A stretch of DNA of 64,000 bases from Phoronis australis (lineage: Eukaryota; Animalia; Phoronida), in assembly GCA_002633005.1 (NCBI GenBank), contig NMRA01000570.1, positions 167,918-231,917 on the forward strand, in the 5' to 3' direction. The translations under genes were made by a program, and so were the position numbers. Below, in pieces: positions 35,601-46,717 of the stretch. Each line of letters opens with the position of its first letter. Position 1 is the first letter of the stretch. The notes under the pieces were generated by a model. It worked only from the letters and a program-made list of their open reading frames with translations. It was not told the origin of the DNA and searched no databases.

Positions 35601-38600
35601 TATGAAGTTTTTACTGAACACATAGCAGCTTTCTAATCCAGACGATCCCGCATTTGGTCGGTGAATTTCAGTTGCAGGCCTTTGGCCATTTCAGTACTGA
35701 CTTTGACGTTGGCTGAATCAAAGAATCGAGTCGCGTATGCTGTTGACTTACAAGTGCAATTCATCTTGCATTCTGACACATATTTTCCTTCAGAGTCTGG
35801 CTTTTACGCAGAATAACAATGAATTAAATGGTCAGAACTTTGAAACAATACCATAGACAGCTTACACACTTGGCTGAGTACGTAACTCAAAAAACAACAG
35901 GGCTTTGCAAAGTGGGAAATCTTTGGCAGATTTGATATGACCGGCAGGGAGAACATATACAAACCATGTGTGTTAGTGACAGAATTCCGAAAGTGGCGTT
36001 TTTCATTAGAAAACAACTATTCATATGAAATAAAATTATTTGAAATCCTCACATATTTTTATAAATAATTTTAAAAATAGCTTTTTTGTGAAATAGGTAT
36101 ACATGAATCCTTCAGTTAACTGTGGGGAATCTTGTTGTTGAAGCAATCAATGTACTCTATTCAGTGCATGTTAAATTGTCGAATCCAAAAAAGGCTCAAC
36201 CCCAAAACATGAACTCAAAGTATGGTTTTCATACATCACAGTGCTACAAGGGGCTTTAATGTGTACGAAATTATTTTATAATATCAGCAACCCCAAGTCA
36301 TTTTGCTAAAACTCTGACAAGCGTTAGTGTAGATTCATCCATACGAGCTGTACACTAACCTGTGGCGCCCACTGTGAGACGAGAGGCTGCGTACCTCAGA
36401 GACACAGACAGACCTGCCTTAGCCCCACCCTGACTCATACTGGCGATGCAGATACGCCCGGAGAGAAGCTGGTCGGCTACAGTCAGGAAACGTCCACGGT
36501 TACTTTTGATAGATGTGGTAAAAGTACCATCAGGCGCAACATCTGAATACCTTGAGTGAATAAAGAAGTGAAATTGGTATGAAGTAGAAACGATCATGGT
36601 AAGCAGGTATATTAACTGGGGGAACAGGTAACGGGTGGGGGGGGGGGGACAGGGTTGACAGCTGATCCTAGGGTTTTAACAAAAATAGTAAAACTGTTGG
36701 AAAGCATAACTAAAATCAACACACTCTCTTAAATAGTGAAGTACAAAGGCGGCACGTGCAATATATCATGAATATCAACAATACTGAAGCTGCCACATGG
36801 TTATATTAGCTAACGTATAAGAAGAATAAGGCTGGTATGTCTGGTATGTCTTCAAGTTTGAAAAGGAACACTAAGGCAAAATATAACTTATCTGGTTGAG
36901 ACAAACTTAGTTGAATAAATCCATGGCGAGATCGGTATGAATGATTTAAAGGTACAACCCAAAGACAATGTTTTTGGTGTTGTCTAAAAGTTTACGCTAA
37001 ACCACTTAGGACACGACATGGCAAACATGTGCGATTTCGTTTTCCCACTTTTTTCCGAAAAAGCATCCAATTGATGCCCAGTCATTTGTAAGTTTTATAA
37101 AACAACTAACACCAAATAATGTTGAGAAAAATTGGGGGCTTTCACAACAATGTCTAACAGCTTAGTTTGAAAAATGAAAAAGGTAAATTTTGGCAATCAG
37201 TTTCGCCTAAATTGTTGACATTTTACAGAACTAAAAGTCTCGACTAAACCGACAAAGACCCGAACAACGTGTTAACATGTCCCCTGCTCCTCTCTAGCAC
37301 ATTATCCACAATGACATAAGAAGCTTACAAAAATATGCCGCACTACAGGAGCGTTGTTACCTGTTGAGAAGGTTTTCTCTAGGCACTCTGACGTTGTCAA
37401 AGAAAAGCTTAGCATTGTCCACACCATTCAAACCAATCTTGTAACTAGAAGAACAACAGCAACTCACTACACAATGCACAAAAACTATTTTCAAGTCAAT
37501 TTAAGCACTTAAAATCAGGTTAACGGTCCAAAAATAACAAAAACACTACTAAGTTTATAGAATTGCATTTTTGATTTCAACTACTCGCAAATTGGCCAAC
37601 AATATTTTGGCAACAGATATCAAATCGTCGTCTTCCACACTAAGCAGTAATTTCAGAAAAATGAAACTAATCACGCCAACTTACCCCATGTCTTCCACTC
37701 TCACTCCCGGCATCACATTCAGACTGTCATCTCGGATTTTCACCAGAATACCATGAATACCTGGAAAGGAAACCAAGTTTTAACCGTCTTTTGAAGGAAT
37801 AGCCTCCACATGGATATAAAAACAGTAAAATGATCTCTCTCAGTAACGACACCAAGTCACACAGCACCTTGCTGCCACTTTCATGCATTCGCATTCAACA
37901 AGGAACAATTTTGGATTTTTTACATCCTTCATAACCCAACATTATATTTAATTACAGACCAGAAAATCAATTTTTTAGAAACAATGATCAATGCACAAAG
38001 ACTACAGTTATCTACCGAGACATGGCGCAAACAATTGTCCTCACCGTGATTTTGCCCATCAACCATCAACTGGGCAAACACGACGCAGTGCTTGGCGTGG
38101 ATAGCCCCGTTAGTGATCCAGTACTTCTGGGCCAGAGTAGATGGTGTATTCACCACAAACTCCTGAGTGTCCTTATCATACGTAGCAGTAGTTTCCATTT
38201 CCACTGCATTGTTACCATAGCCCAACTCAGTCAAGCCAAAACAGCCGATATCATCCAGTGTGTCAATGCCTGAAGAATAAAAAAAAACAATAAAATGATC
38301 AACAATCTCGGAAGCATCGGTGCTAGTCTCATACAGGAGTCCCGCATTTTCAGAATCAAGTTTTGTGCCCGCTGTTCATTTGAGAAAACTGGTTCTCAAA
38401 ATGCAAGATTCCAGTGAATGACTATTACCGAAGTATCTCAAATGCCAAAAATTAAAATTTTGTTGATGTCAAAATACCTGACCAACCATGTACTTCGTTT
38501 CGTTGATAAATAAAACAAAATTTGACTTCACTAGGTTATGGGAGGTCACCCGATGCAATATACCTTTAGGTCAAAACCCCATTAGATTGTTCTGGTTTTT

Positions 38601-39467
38601 GCTGGTTTTGAAAACTGATACAGAAGTACAATATTTTTAGATGGTCACATTTTTAAAAAATACACCTGAGACGAGCAAAAGTGATGCGGGTTATTTACTC
38701 AACTTAGTTTCAAACCAATTTCAGAGCTGCTTCTACATATGTACATGCAAAGCAGTAAACACCAAAACCAAGCATGCTTATTTGGCCTTGCCATCAAAAA
38801 TCATTTGTGACCATTGTCAACTTTACATAGCATCACTAAGCAACGGTACCTTTAAGCAGTTTTCCGTGATGCCGTTCGGTTCCAAGTTTCAAAATGGTCC
38901 CACCGAATAAGTTAAACTGGACCGTCATTTTGGTAGCCATGGCAGGATCGATGATTCCAGCGAGCTCATGAGCAGCGAATATGCGCAGAGGATTGTTCCT
39001 GAAGTCCAGAACTGATATGAACCCAGCATCACAGATCCGCTGCAATCGCTGCAGAGCAATCTCTCTTTCCTCAGCCAAAGAAATGTTGTACCGCGGAATC
39101 ATGACAGGGTCGCTAACAAAGTTGCGAAACTCTTCACGCATTTCGTGATTGTCGTGATCCAGCAATTTGGTCATTTCGTTGACGTTGAACGAGGGTGGCT
39201 CCCTTACTTTCCGCAATGACATAGGCTGCAGCTTCTGTTTCACAGCACCATCTCCGACAGCGTACGACACGGTGGCATTGTAGCGGTTCGCCACATGGTG
39301 AACTGATGGCAGTACAGAGCTGGTCTTCATAACGGACAGGACGCGACTGGCACGGGACAACAGTCTTGTTGTCATCATACTGCTGGAATGGAGCAGAACA
39401 GGACTTACTAACAAAGGTTGCCAGACATACTGTCACATACAATAACTCACAGGCTGAAGCCCATCAT
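29685..39467 (-). CDS. Acyl-CoA oxidase paralogue A (ACOX3 / plant ACX3-like family), about 666-673 aa, C-terminal SKL
   Basis: Exons [39467-39451 tentative], 39382/39378-38850, 38269-38045, 37760-37685, 37444-37361, 36550-36360, 34950-34802, 31469-30897 and 29858-29685, all GT-AG and in phase. Motifs: [44 protein letters not shown], catalytic TAEGDN. Ends [12 protein letters not shown]. Confidence 0.93.
29901..30162. mobile_element. Tc1/mariner-like MITE with TA TSD
   Basis: TA|CAGTACAAGACAAAAGTAATCAAACAAAAT ... ATTTTGTCATACTATTGGTGTGTGCTG|TA; related copies at 33800-34798 and 385-463. Confidence 0.7.
31957..33620 (-). mobile_element. Second Kolobok-like element with THAP remnant (in an ACOX-A intron)
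   Basis: TTAA TSD at 31953-31956 and 33621-33624; same TIRs as 8305-10008 and colinear throughout. The THAP remnant starts at 33455 ([13 protein letters not shown]...[12 protein letters not shown]). Confidence 0.85.
33800..34798. mobile_element. Tc1/mariner-like MITE interrupted by a LINE fragment
   Basis: TA|CAGGGTATGACAAAAGTAATCAGACAAAAT left end and ATTTTGTCTGAATATTTTTGGCGTGTACTA|TA right end. Both halves align with 29901-30162 on either side of the insertion. Confidence 0.7.
33998..34723 (+). mobile_element. 5'-truncated non-LTR retrotransposon (L2/CR1/RTE-X-like 3' end)
   Basis: Degenerate ORF2 C-terminus ([13 protein letters not shown]...[28 protein letters not shown]), then AATAAA and a short attg-type tail. 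TSD TGAATT at 33992-33997 and 34724-34729. Confidence 0.8.
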
Positions 39468-39513
39468 CGGCTAAACACAAACTTCCTATATTCAAAACTG
39501 AAAATGTGGCCGA

Positions 39514-39548
39514 TTTTATATTTTCATTGACCTTTAACCTTAGATTGG
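39514..39548 (-). promoter_or_regulatory. ACOX-A core promoter: TATA, DR1 and CCAAT
   Basis: On the minus strand: CCAAT (39548-39544), AGGTTA-A-AGGTCA (39540-39528) and TATAAAA (39520-39514), about 50-80 bp upstream of the tentative first ATG. Confidence 0.6.
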
Positions 39549-41292
39549 CTGTTACCACATTGTGGTCATGTAATGACGCTTTCTTATTGTCCAGAAATCA
39601 GGCCTATAGGAAGAGAATCCTTATAAGAACACTTTGGGGGGATTTCTGTGAATAAGTATTAGAAGAAACAAATATATGTTGTTTTTATCTCTAATTAATG
39701 AAACAAGCATAATTACCTTATATTTACACAAACTGCACCAGAAATTTTGAATCTGGACCTTCTTTATCGCAAAACAAGATTACAAACCAGAATCTCAAGA
39801 CCAAACGCCCATCCCATTTTTAATGCAATTGACATGTGCACTGCCCTTTGTAGAACTTGTTAAACAACAATAAATTTAACTGAAAAAGTGTTGAAAATAA
39901 AAATGTTGACAATTTCCATTAATGTTTTGTTGTCTATAGTAGTAAATTGAAGAACATACCATAATTCCAAGTACAAACTAAAACGAAGTTCTTTAACAAA
40001 TTAACTGGTCAAAAAATTTTCAACTGAAAAATAGCACATACACTAGAATACAGTCAAAGAAAGAAAGGTGACAAATTTGTTGTTTTTGATTTTAGTGTCC
40101 TCTTTTTTCACACTGAAACTCTTTAAAATCAAATTTAGGTCAAATAAGTCAGACGCTTGGTCCTTGAGGAATGAAGGAGCTTTCAAACGATCTGTGTTTT
40201 GTTCTAAGATGAGACAAAGTTTTTGAAAATGTGATTTCTAAGTGGGAGTGTTGTGCTTGAACTTGGAATTAGGCTTTATCACAAGACTGTGTATCCATGA
40301 ACATGGAATTATATATTCATTACAACAATCAGAGGAAATTTGTTGTTCGGTGTAAAGAATTTTTATAATTGTTGGCCTCACAATCACCCATTTTCTTTTT
40401 TTACCGTAACTTGAGTCACAAGTTCGAAGGAATGGGTGAGTTGTTAAAAAATATTGTTACACAAATAAAAATTGGTGGTAATTGAAAAAATCAAGGTTGA
40501 TTAAAATTTAAATATTAACATGTGCTTTGCGCTAGTGCAGTGCTATTTTTATCTACGTGGTCAACATGATTATTTGTGTGAACTTGCCAAGTTTCCTTGA
40601 ATTCCCTAGTTAGTGTATACACGATCTTGAGATAGAGCGGAATGCCAACTCCTGAAGTTCAAGCGCATGTGGAGCACCTGCTCAAAATGTCAAGTTTGTG
40701 AATGTCCGAATAAGGGTACTCTCTGTATCTAGTTGTCTTGGGCTAAATATTGCAGCCTCGCGGAATAAGATTTAAAATTCATTGTCACACAAAAAGCCAC
40801 AGCCCTGTAACAAAAATGCTGCAGACTCAAGTTGCCAAACGAAACTTACATAAAAATGTGGCACGTGTAACTGTGCGCAAGTTTTCTTAACTCTGACATT
40901 CAAATGACACCTTACCTAGCTTTTTTGTCATGACTGTTTGAAAGAAACACAACCTGATGAATATCAAGCAAGAGAGTAGATTTAATGACATCAATTTTGT
41001 GTCAAATTTTATTTTGCCAGTTTTACACCCACATCATTCCCAACCCAAATGGCACTCAGGTCACTAGACAGTGATCACTGTCTCTAGCTGGCCAGTAGAG
41101 ACAATGAAGTTAACTCTAGTATAAGAGCTTCATACGGCAGAAGCTTTTTTGAAAATTATACGCACGACAGGGGACATGACATCAGTTGTAACATCTGCTG
41201 CGCGCAGTATTAAAAATGGCCAGTTTCCCATTTTGGGAACTGAGCGAAGGACTACACGGGAGTATTTGTACGTGTTGGAAGGAATTATCGAC

Positions 41293-41456
41293 CAGTGGCG
41301 GATTTAGAGGGGGGCCAAGGGGGCCATGCCCCCCCCCTCCTAAAACTCTCCCAGATTCCATTTGGCAGTTCGGGGGTGTGCCGTCTGATGGGCAAAATCC
41401 TCTGGCTAATACTCTGCCATGGCACCCCCTAAATAAAAATACTGGATCCGCCCCTG
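41293..41456. mobile_element. MITE with CAG(T/G)GGCGGAT TIRs and 5-bp TSD
   Basis: cagtggcggat ... atccgcccctg; TSD TCGAC at 41288-41292 and 41457-41461. It is the reverse-orientation homologue of 5681-5839. Confidence 0.85.
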
Positions 41457-42437
41457 TCGACAGTCCCCTAAGTTAGTCCCCCTATGCGCAAAAGGTACTT
41501 ATAACAACGTGACTTTGATATTTTAATCAGTGTTAGGCATAATTCGCCAATCAGCTTCCGGTGTATGAAGCGCCTATAGCCTACAGGAGCTACACCATCT
41601 TTATTAATTCAACTAGAGACACTGGGTGGTCACTGTCTACTATCAGTATCAGGTCACAAAATACATGTTCCTTATCACCACTGATTTAGAGAACCAGGCA
41701 ATTCCCGAATCAGTGGATGAAACTGGTTACCTAAATCTGGGACCGCTATACTTTGGGATGATATCCAACCAGTGCAGTTTTTCCAAACAGACCAAAGGCA
41801 AAGCTTAATAGTTATGCTTTGGCAGCCTGCTATGCCAGACACTCATTGCCCGTCCCCCCTTACGGCGGGCCAGATACCGCACAGGGAGAATTAAGCGAGA
41901 TTTATCTTAGTTTCTTAGCACCAAAGAAGACTAACTTGCGTATTTCAAACGCAGCAAATACTAGACTAACTTTAACACCTACCGATGTTCTCGTTCAGGA
42001 TTATTCAACGCCTGGAAAGGGCGAGCTCTCACGAGAAAACAACTACAGCGACACCTATTGGAATTACGTGCGGGTTAGCAATCGGTCGAAGTCCACTGCC
42101 TCTGGTTCGCAGGATCGCGGCAGAGGATGCTAGGTTACCGTGCCTAAACTGTTGAACTAAGAAGAGTGGCTAGTCAGCTGTCAAAGAAGTGTAAAGTAGG
42201 CTTTCTCGTATGAAAAATCAGAGCTAGATATAAGCAAGTTGACACTGTCTGGTGGTGACCTGTATTTTGATGTTAGTTCTTTAGCTGGCTGGCTAGCAGG
42301 TTTCTTGCCTTAACGCTAGATGGTGTTTCAGCTAACCGCACCAAAATCGTAATTTCAAAGTTAATATACCAGCTGTTGACTAAACTCTAGACAAGTTGAT
42401 TTCATATGCAAACTGTGCTTATTAGAACTGGCATACA

Positions 42438-45400
42438 ACTAGGATTACAAGAAAGTGGTATACAGCTGGCACTGTTAAAGATTTCACATGCAACTGATCG
42501 AAATTTGAACTAATGTCTATCAAGTATCAAGGCACACAGGCGTTTGTGTCACATAAAGGCCCTGTAGCCACAAGTTACTCCAAATAGAACAACTGTTATC
42601 AACGTGTGTCAGAGTATCAAAACGTAATATTTTTTGGCAACATCATTAGAAACTCAGCTTAAATTCTGAAATTTGTCTTGTAAAAATTTAAATCAGCTAA
42701 TTTGGATCATTTTCGTCTGAAGATATGCAAAAAATAGCCATGGTGATGATACTTCAGCTTAATGTAACAGGAATGGACATTGGTCATTGTTCGAGCTAGC
42801 TACTCCGTCATTTTCGATCTTATTTGTGGTCATGGGCCCTGAGTTTCCTGAACTTAAACCATCAGGTTCCTTGTCATGTGATAAAGGCAATTACATACCC
42901 TTGTCAGGAGTTCAGTCACTTTTCCTAGTGTTGTACAAACGTGACATTTTCAGTTCCATTTAATTCCCCAGCATTCGTCAATCTCTAAATTCGTCCTCAA
43001 TTTCTATGAACTTGGAAGTGTCTGTTCTCGCAGCACGCCCAGCTTCTTGGAGAGGGACCTCAGTGATGGCGTTGTCAAAATGCATTAATTTTCTTGTACA
43101 TCCCCACAAAACACGTACCACATGAGACTAGGACGATGGCCAAAATTGAGATTCCAGAAGATTGTCTGTCAGTAAGAATTCAACCTGTATACTGTTCAGC
43201 GAGACTTGTAAACGGGATTAATGTACTACTCACGGTAGTTAATTGTCACATCAATGGTGTGATTTCATCCGTGGAAGCTATGCCCAGTTTTACTCCTCCC
43301 ACTTACCCTCACTACTTTGATCGTAATAACTCAATTATTTTTTAGTATTGAATCTCTTGAGTCATATCCACAGGTGATCCTCAAAATCATTTGTCGTGGG
43401 ACTGTTATGATTTGCCCCCAAACTTAGACAGTCCTGCGTTCCTGTTACCTCCACTGATTATGGAGTTGTTCTTTTGTTTGTTTTGTCAGCTCTGCCACAC
43501 TTTTAGACTACTTACTGTATTCATATATGTTAAACATTTTCAGGTTTTCCAAAATATGGCATTTGTAGTGTATCAGAGCACCAGGCAGGCTGTTACCAGA
43601 CTAGTGGGCTTGTCGTCTGCAAGGGGGGTACACTTCTCTTTGCCCTTCACACGGAGGAACTATGTATCTTTTGCATCTGGACCCCTGGCTATTGACAGCC
43701 ATTTACAGCCAAATGACCTAAGGCAATTGACTGCAGCGCCATCTTTTGATGTCGCAAAGATGACTTCTCTTCTCGACCATGACAACCACGAGATGAGAAA
43801 AGATTTTCGTAAATTTGTCAGCGACCCTGTGATGATTCCAAAATACAACATTTCATTGGCGGAAGAAAGAGACATTGCTTTGCAGCGCTTGAAACGTATC
43901 TGTGATGCTGGTTTCATTTCCGTGATGGATTTCGAAAACAATCCTTTAAGAATATTTGCTGCGCATGAGCTTGCTTCTATAATAGATCCTGCCATGACAA
44001 CCAAGATGACCGTTCAGTTCAATCTATTTGGTGGAACTGTTTTAAAACTCGGCACAGAACGACACCATCAAAAACTTCTAAAAGGTTGGTAAATTCTGCG
44101 GGATATTTTAGAAGGAGCTGTTCAAAACTCAAAGCTGTTGAACCCAAAATCATACTTGGACAATATCTGTGAGGACTCAATTCGAGCAAAACTACTTGAA
44201 AACATGGTGCTGTTTTAGTTATGTTTAGTAAAATTTAACTGTGGTTTTAAGTCTTGTCAACAAAACCTTGAACCAGAGTTTTAGAGTTGGTAATGGATAT
44301 ATTTTTAAAGATGAATATCTCTTGCATTTTAATTACAAATGACAGCACAGAGACATTTTTCTACATTGACAGGTTTTCCTGCAGCATCAAATTTTGCATT
44401 TTTGTTTTTAAGTTTACACATAAGTTATATCAAATCTGTTTTCTTTACAAAAAATCTGTCAGTGTAAAGTTTTGTTCCCAGAAGAAAAATTCACATTGTT
44501 GTAAATTTTAACCTCAATGTCGACAAGTTCACGTCAAATTTTGATTGGTTTTATTGTTTTGGTGGTCGCAAAACGATCGTGTTTGTTCTTATTACATCTC
44601 TCAGGCATAGACACACTGGATGATATTGNCAATTAAGATTACAAGAAAGTGGTATACAGCTGGCACTGTTAAGATGCAACTGAGCGAATTTTGAACTAAC
44701 TAATGTCTGTCAAGGCACACAGGCGTTTATCTTGGCCAAAAGAGTCTTAAAGTGTTGCTAACTCCAAATAGAACAACTGTTATCAACGTGTGTCAGAGTA
44801 TCAAAACGTAATATTTTTTGGCAACATCTTTAGAAACGCAGCTTAAATTATGAAATTTGTCTTGTAAAAATTTAAATCAGCTAATTTGGATCATTTTCGT
44901 CTGAAGATATTATGCAAGAAATAGCCATATTGATGATACTTCAGCTTAATGTAACAGGAATGGACATCTGTTGGTCATTGTCCGAGCTAGCTACTCCGTC
45001 ATTTTCCCTGAACTTAAACAATCAGGTTCCTTGTCAGTAATTGTCACGTGATGGTTGTAAAAGGCCATTGACCCTTGTTCAGGAGTTCAGTCACTTTTCC
45101 TAGCATTGTACAAATGTGACATTTTCAGTTCCATTTAATTCCCCAGCATTCATCAATTTCGTCCTCAATTTCTATGAACTTAAAGTTGTCAAAAACGCAC
45201 TTTCTTGTACATCCCCACAAAACACTTACCACGTAAGACTAGGACGATGGCCAAAATTGAGATTCCAGAAGATTGTCTGTCAGTAAGCATACAACCTATA
45301 CACTGTTCAGGGGGGACTTGTAAACGGGATTAATGTACTACTCACGGTAGTTAATTGTCACATCAATGGTGTGATTTCATCCTTAGAAACTATGCCCAGT

Positions 45401-46717
45401 TTTACTCTCCTCCCACTTACTCTCACTACTTAGATCGTAACAACTCAATTATTTTTTAGTATTGAATCTCTTAAGTCATATCCACTGATAGTGAAAGTAT
45501 TATCGTGGATGCCCCCAAAATTAGACAATCCTGCATTCCTGTTACCTCCTCTGATTATGGAGTTGTTCTTTTGTGCAGCTCTGCCATATTTTTAGACTAC
45601 CTACTGTATTCGTATATGTTAAACATTTTCAGGTTTTCCAAAATATGGCATTTGTAGTCTATCACAGCACCAGGCAGGCTGTTACCAAACTAGTGGGCTT
45701 GTCGTCTGCAAGGGTGGTACACTTCTCTTCGCGCTTCACACGGAGGAACTATGTGTCTTTTGCATCTGGACCCCTGGCTATTGACAGCCATTTACAGCCA
45801 AATGATCTAAGGCAATTGACTGCAGCGCCATCTTTTGATGTCGCAAAGATGACTTCTCTTCTCGACCATGACAACCACGAGATGAGAAAAGATTTTCGTA
45901 AATTTGTCAGCGACCCTGTGATGATTCCAAAATACAACATTTCATTGGCGGAAGAAAGAGACATTGCTTTGCAGCGCTTGAAACGTATCTGTGATGCTGG
46001 TTTCATTTCCGTGATGGATTTCGAAAACAATCCTTTAAGAATATTTGCTGCGCATGAGCTTGCTTCTATAATAGATCCTGCCATGACAACCAAGATGACC
46101 GTTCAGTTCAATCTATTTGGTGGAACTGTTTTAAAACTCGGCACAGAACGACACCATCAAAAACTTCTAAAAGGTTGGTAAATTCTGCGGGATATTTTAG
46201 AAGGAGCTGTTCAAAACTCAAAGCTGTTGAACCCAAAATCATACTTGGACAATATCTGTGAGGACTCAATTCGAGCAAAACTACTTGAAAACATGGTGCT
46301 GTTTTAGTTATGTTTAGTAAAATTTAACTGTGGTTTTAAGTCTTGTCAACAAAACCTTGAACCAGAGTTTTAGAGTTGGTAATGGATATATTTTTAAAGA
46401 TGAATATCTCTTGCATTTTAATTACAAATGACAGCACAGAGACATTTTTCTACATTGACAGGTTTTCCTGCAGCATCAAATTTTGCATTTTTGTTTTTAA
46501 GTTTACACATAAGTTATATCAAATCTGTTTTCTTTACAAAAAATCTGTCAGTGTAAAGTTTTGTTCCCAGAAGAAAAATTCACATTGTTGTAAATTTTAA
46601 CCTCAATGTCGACAAGTTCACGTCAAATTTTGATTGGTTTTATTGTTTTGGTGGTCGCAAAACGATCGTGTTTGTTCTTATTACATCTCTCAGGCATAGA
46701 CACACTGGATGATATTG
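42438..46717. repeat. Tandem duplication (42438-44628 vs 44630-46717) joined by a single N; probable haplotype duplication including ACOX-B coding exon 1
   Basis: N at 44629. The 5' halves differ by many indels, while the 3' ~900 bp appear identical. The first copy breaks off 24 nt into exon 2. Confidence 0.85.
43556..44084 (+). CDS. Duplicate (probably allelic) copy of ACOX-B coding exon 1
   Basis: Intact 529-nt exon that differs from 45645-46173 at five amino acids, all within the first 30 residues. Confidence 0.6.

Noticed and set aside
2070-46717. True tandem exon duplications (mutually exclusive exons) in TMEM14, thiolase and ACOX-B
   Set aside because: All three pairs are joined exactly at Ns, include intron sequence at allele-like divergence, and one breaks off mid-exon. 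Uncollapsed haplotypes are the simpler explanation, pending read-depth data.
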